This document shows, piece by piece, positions 61,966 through 64,000 of a stretch of DNA of 64,000 nucleotides. Position 1 is the stretch's first letter. Each line of letters begins with the position of its first letter. The stretch lies in sequence record DRR723986_833; one strand, written 5' to 3'. Below the pieces are notes generated by a model. It had not been told where the DNA came from. It was given only the letters and a program-made list of their open reading frames with translations, and ran no database searches. The position numbers and the translations under genes are program-made.

Positions 61966-61985
61966 GTCGCATGGTGGCTGAAGCA

Positions 61986-62309
61986 ATGAAAATATCGCTG
62001 ACAGAGTCTGCCGCTGAGCATATAAAGCGCCAGCTTGCTGGCAGAGGGCGCGGCCTGGGAATTCGCTTAGGTGTGCGCACGTCAGGCTGTTCCGGTATGG
62101 CTTACGTGCTTGAGTTCGTCGATGAAGTGCAGGCGGAAGACAAAGTATTTGAGGCCTTTGGGGCGTCGGTGTTTATTGACCCCAAGAGCTTAGTCTACCT
62201 CGATGGTACGGAGTTAGACTTCGTTAAAGAAGGGCTCAATGAGGGCCTGAAGTTTAATAATCCGAATGTGTCTGCAGAGTGCGGTTGCGGGGAAAGTTTT
62301 ACCGTTTAA
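61986..62309 (+). CDS. iscA: Fe-S carrier IscA
   Basis: [25 protein letters not shown]. Confidence 0.97.
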   Translation: MKISLTESAAEHIKRQLAGRGRGLGIRLGVRTSGCSGMAYVLEFVDEVQAEDKVFEAFGASVFIDPKSLVYLDGTELDFVKEGLNEGLKFNNPNVSAECGCGESFTV

Positions 62310-62401
62310 CAGGCTTGTCGGCATCTGCTGGCGCGTTTCGGTTTATGCCGATCGCGCCTTTTGCGTATTTGGGGCGGCGTTTTTTCGCCATGGGGTGAAT
62401 C

Positions 62402-62938
62402 GTGAGTGAGGGCTCTCAACTGGATTTCTTTACTTTGCTTGGGTTGGAAAAGTCGTACGACATTGACCAGACCGCGTTGACGGCAAGCTATCGGCAGTTG
62501 CAGCGCAGTGTTCACCCAGACCGTTTTGCCGGTGGTGACGAGCGCCAGCGCTTGTTGGCTGTGCAGAAGTCGGCGCAAATCAACGAAGCTTACGAAACAC
62601 TTCGCTCGGCAACCCGGCGGGCGGCCTATATGCTCAAACTCGCGGGGCATGCCGTCGACACCAGTGCCACCACCTTCCAGAACCCTGAGTTTCTAATGCA
62701 GCAAATGCAGCTTCGAGAGGAGTTGTCGGACTTGCATGACGCGGAAGACCCTGAGCAGGCGCTCGATCGTTTTTATGCCGATGTGGATAATGCCTTGAGG
62801 TCTCAACGGCAAGAATTTCAAGGCTTCTATGAGCTTGGTGACTACGACGCAGCAAAGTCGAGTTATGCCAAGCTGCAATTCTTAGAAAAGCTGCGCTACG
62901 AAGCGGAACAAAAAGAAGGCGAGTTGCTGGATTTTTAG
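62402..62938 (+). CDS. hscB: Co-chaperone HscB
   Basis: J-domain [23 protein letters not shown]. Confidence 0.95.
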   Translation: MSEGSQLDFFTLLGLEKSYDIDQTALTASYRQLQRSVHPDRFAGGDERQRLLAVQKSAQINEAYETLRSATRRAAYMLKLAGHAVDTSATTFQNPEFLMQQMQLREELSDLHDAEDPEQALDRFYADVDNALRSQRQEFQGFYELGDYDAAKSSYAKLQFLEKLRYEAEQKEGELLDF

Positions 62939-62969
62939 TTCCTTTCACCGCAGCAAATGGAAAGACAAT

Positions 62970-64000
62970 ATGGCGTTAATGCAAATCTCTGAGCCGGGGC
63001 AGAGCCCCGAGCCCCACCAACGCAAACTTGCAGTGGGTATCGATTTGGGGACGACGAATTCCCTTGTTGCTACCTTCCGAAACGGCAGCCTGCAAGTGTT
63101 GGCTGACGAGCAAGGGCGTGCACTGCTGCCCTCCGTGGTTCACTACGCGGACAGCGGCAGTGTGATTGTGGGGGACGAGGCGCAGTCGTTTGCGGCAGAA
63201 GATCCCAGCAATACCCTGGCGTCAGTGAAGCGTTTAATGGGGCGTAGTTATGCCGACGTCAGTGCCACCGAACAGTTGTCAACGTATGAGTTGATCGATA
63301 CTGAGGGAATGGTGAGCTTGAACACGCGCGCGGGAGTGCGCTCGCCTGTGCAAGTGTCTGCAGAAATCCTTCGCGCGCTGGCTGAGCGCGCTCAGCAGAG
63401 TTTAGGTGGTGAGCTTCAGGGGGCTGTGATCACGGTGCCTGCGTATTTTGATGACGGTCAGCGCCAAGCAACCAAAGATGCGGCCAGGTTGGCCGGGCTG
63501 AATGTGCTGCGCCTGCTTAACGAACCCACTGCGGCCGCTGTTGCCTACGGCCTGGATGAAAAAGAAGAGGGCGCCATTGCCGTTTTCGATCTGGGTGGTG
63601 GCACCTTCGATATTTCTGTGTTGCAGATGAGTAAAGGCGTCTTTGAAGTGCTTTCCACGGGGGGCGATTCTGCTTTGGGCGGTGACGACTTTGACCAAGT
63701 TATTGCTGCCTGGGCAATGGAGCAGACCGGCGAGTCGAACCTTGATGCGCGCCAGCGCCGCCAATTACTCGATGCCTGCCGCGCCGCCAAAGAATGCTTG
63801 ACCAGCGCAGAGACGGCAGAGCTGCGTGTTGCTGAGCAGACGCTGTCCTTAGCGCGAGAGCAATTCAATGCGCTGGTGGACCCCTTAATTGACCGCGCGA
63901 TTCGTGCCTGCAAGCGAGCCTTGCGTGATGCCAAGCTAAGCAGTGACGATATTCTTAACGTGGTGATGGTCGGCGGCTCGACGCGGGTACCGCGTGTGCG
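62970..64000 (+). CDS. hscA: Fe-S chaperone HscA (partial, runs off the window end)
   Basis: Translated by hand from ATG 62970: [34 protein letters not shown]...[17 protein letters not shown]...DLGGGTFD. Absent from the ORF track because no stop lies in the window. Confidence 0.95.
   Translation, partial: MALMQISEPGQSPEPHQRKLAVGIDLGTTNSLVATFRNGSLQVLADEQGRALLPSVVHYADSGSVIVGDEAQSFAAEDPSNTLASVKRLMGRSYADVSATEQLSTYELIDTEGMVSLNTRAGVRSPVQVSAEILRALAERAQQSLGGELQGAVITVPAYFDDGQRQATKDAARLAGLNVLRLLNEPTAAAVAYGLDEKEEGAIAVFDLGGGTFDISVLQMSKGVFEVLSTGGDSALGGDDFDQVIAAWAMEQTGESNLDARQRRQLLDACRAAKECLTSAETAELRVAEQTLSLAREQFNALVDPLIDRAIRACKRALRDAKLSSDDILNVVMVGGSTRVPRV

Overview
Chromosomal window from a gammaproteobacterium (roughly 55-60% GC by eye; TonB-receptor-rich lipid catabolism suggests a marine Cellvibrionales-like organism, which is inference only). 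About 31-64 kb is conserved housekeeping: dapD-yffB-nth-dapC-glnD-map on the minus strand, then rpsB-tsf-pyrH-frr-uppS-cdsA-dxr-rseP-bamA-skp-lpxD-fabZ-lpxA-lpxB-rnhB-dnaE-accA-tilS-trmJ-iscRSUA-hscB-hscA (truncated by the window end). About 1-31 kb is accessory and holds three lipid-scavenging modules. (1) An AraC regulator divergent from a PLP enzyme, cytochrome c, Tat FAD-oxidase and TonB receptor, resembling Pseudomonas sphR/sphBCD sphingosine genes. (2) An operon holding only the three O2-consuming enzymes of steroid 9,10-seco degradation (kshA-, hsaC-, hsaA-like) plus a truncated haemoglobin, behind a perfect FNR/ANR box in class II promoter geometry. This is the best candidate for an undescribed system: a hypoxia-induced steroid oxygenase cassette. 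(3) A TonB receptor, hydrolase, Na+:solute symporter, TetR and 3-hydroxybutyrate dehydrogenase cluster with three near-identical operator palindromes, two filling sigma70 spacers exactly (candidate 3-hydroxybutyrate-oligomer uptake regulon). Also present: a SutA-like small protein and a signal-peptide-plus-TonB-box miniprotein, both behind Pho-box-like promoters, and a candidate sigmaE-driven amidoligase/glutamine amidotransferase operon. I saw no rRNA, tRNA, CRISPR array, transposase or integrase. All calls are by motif recognition; no database searches were run.
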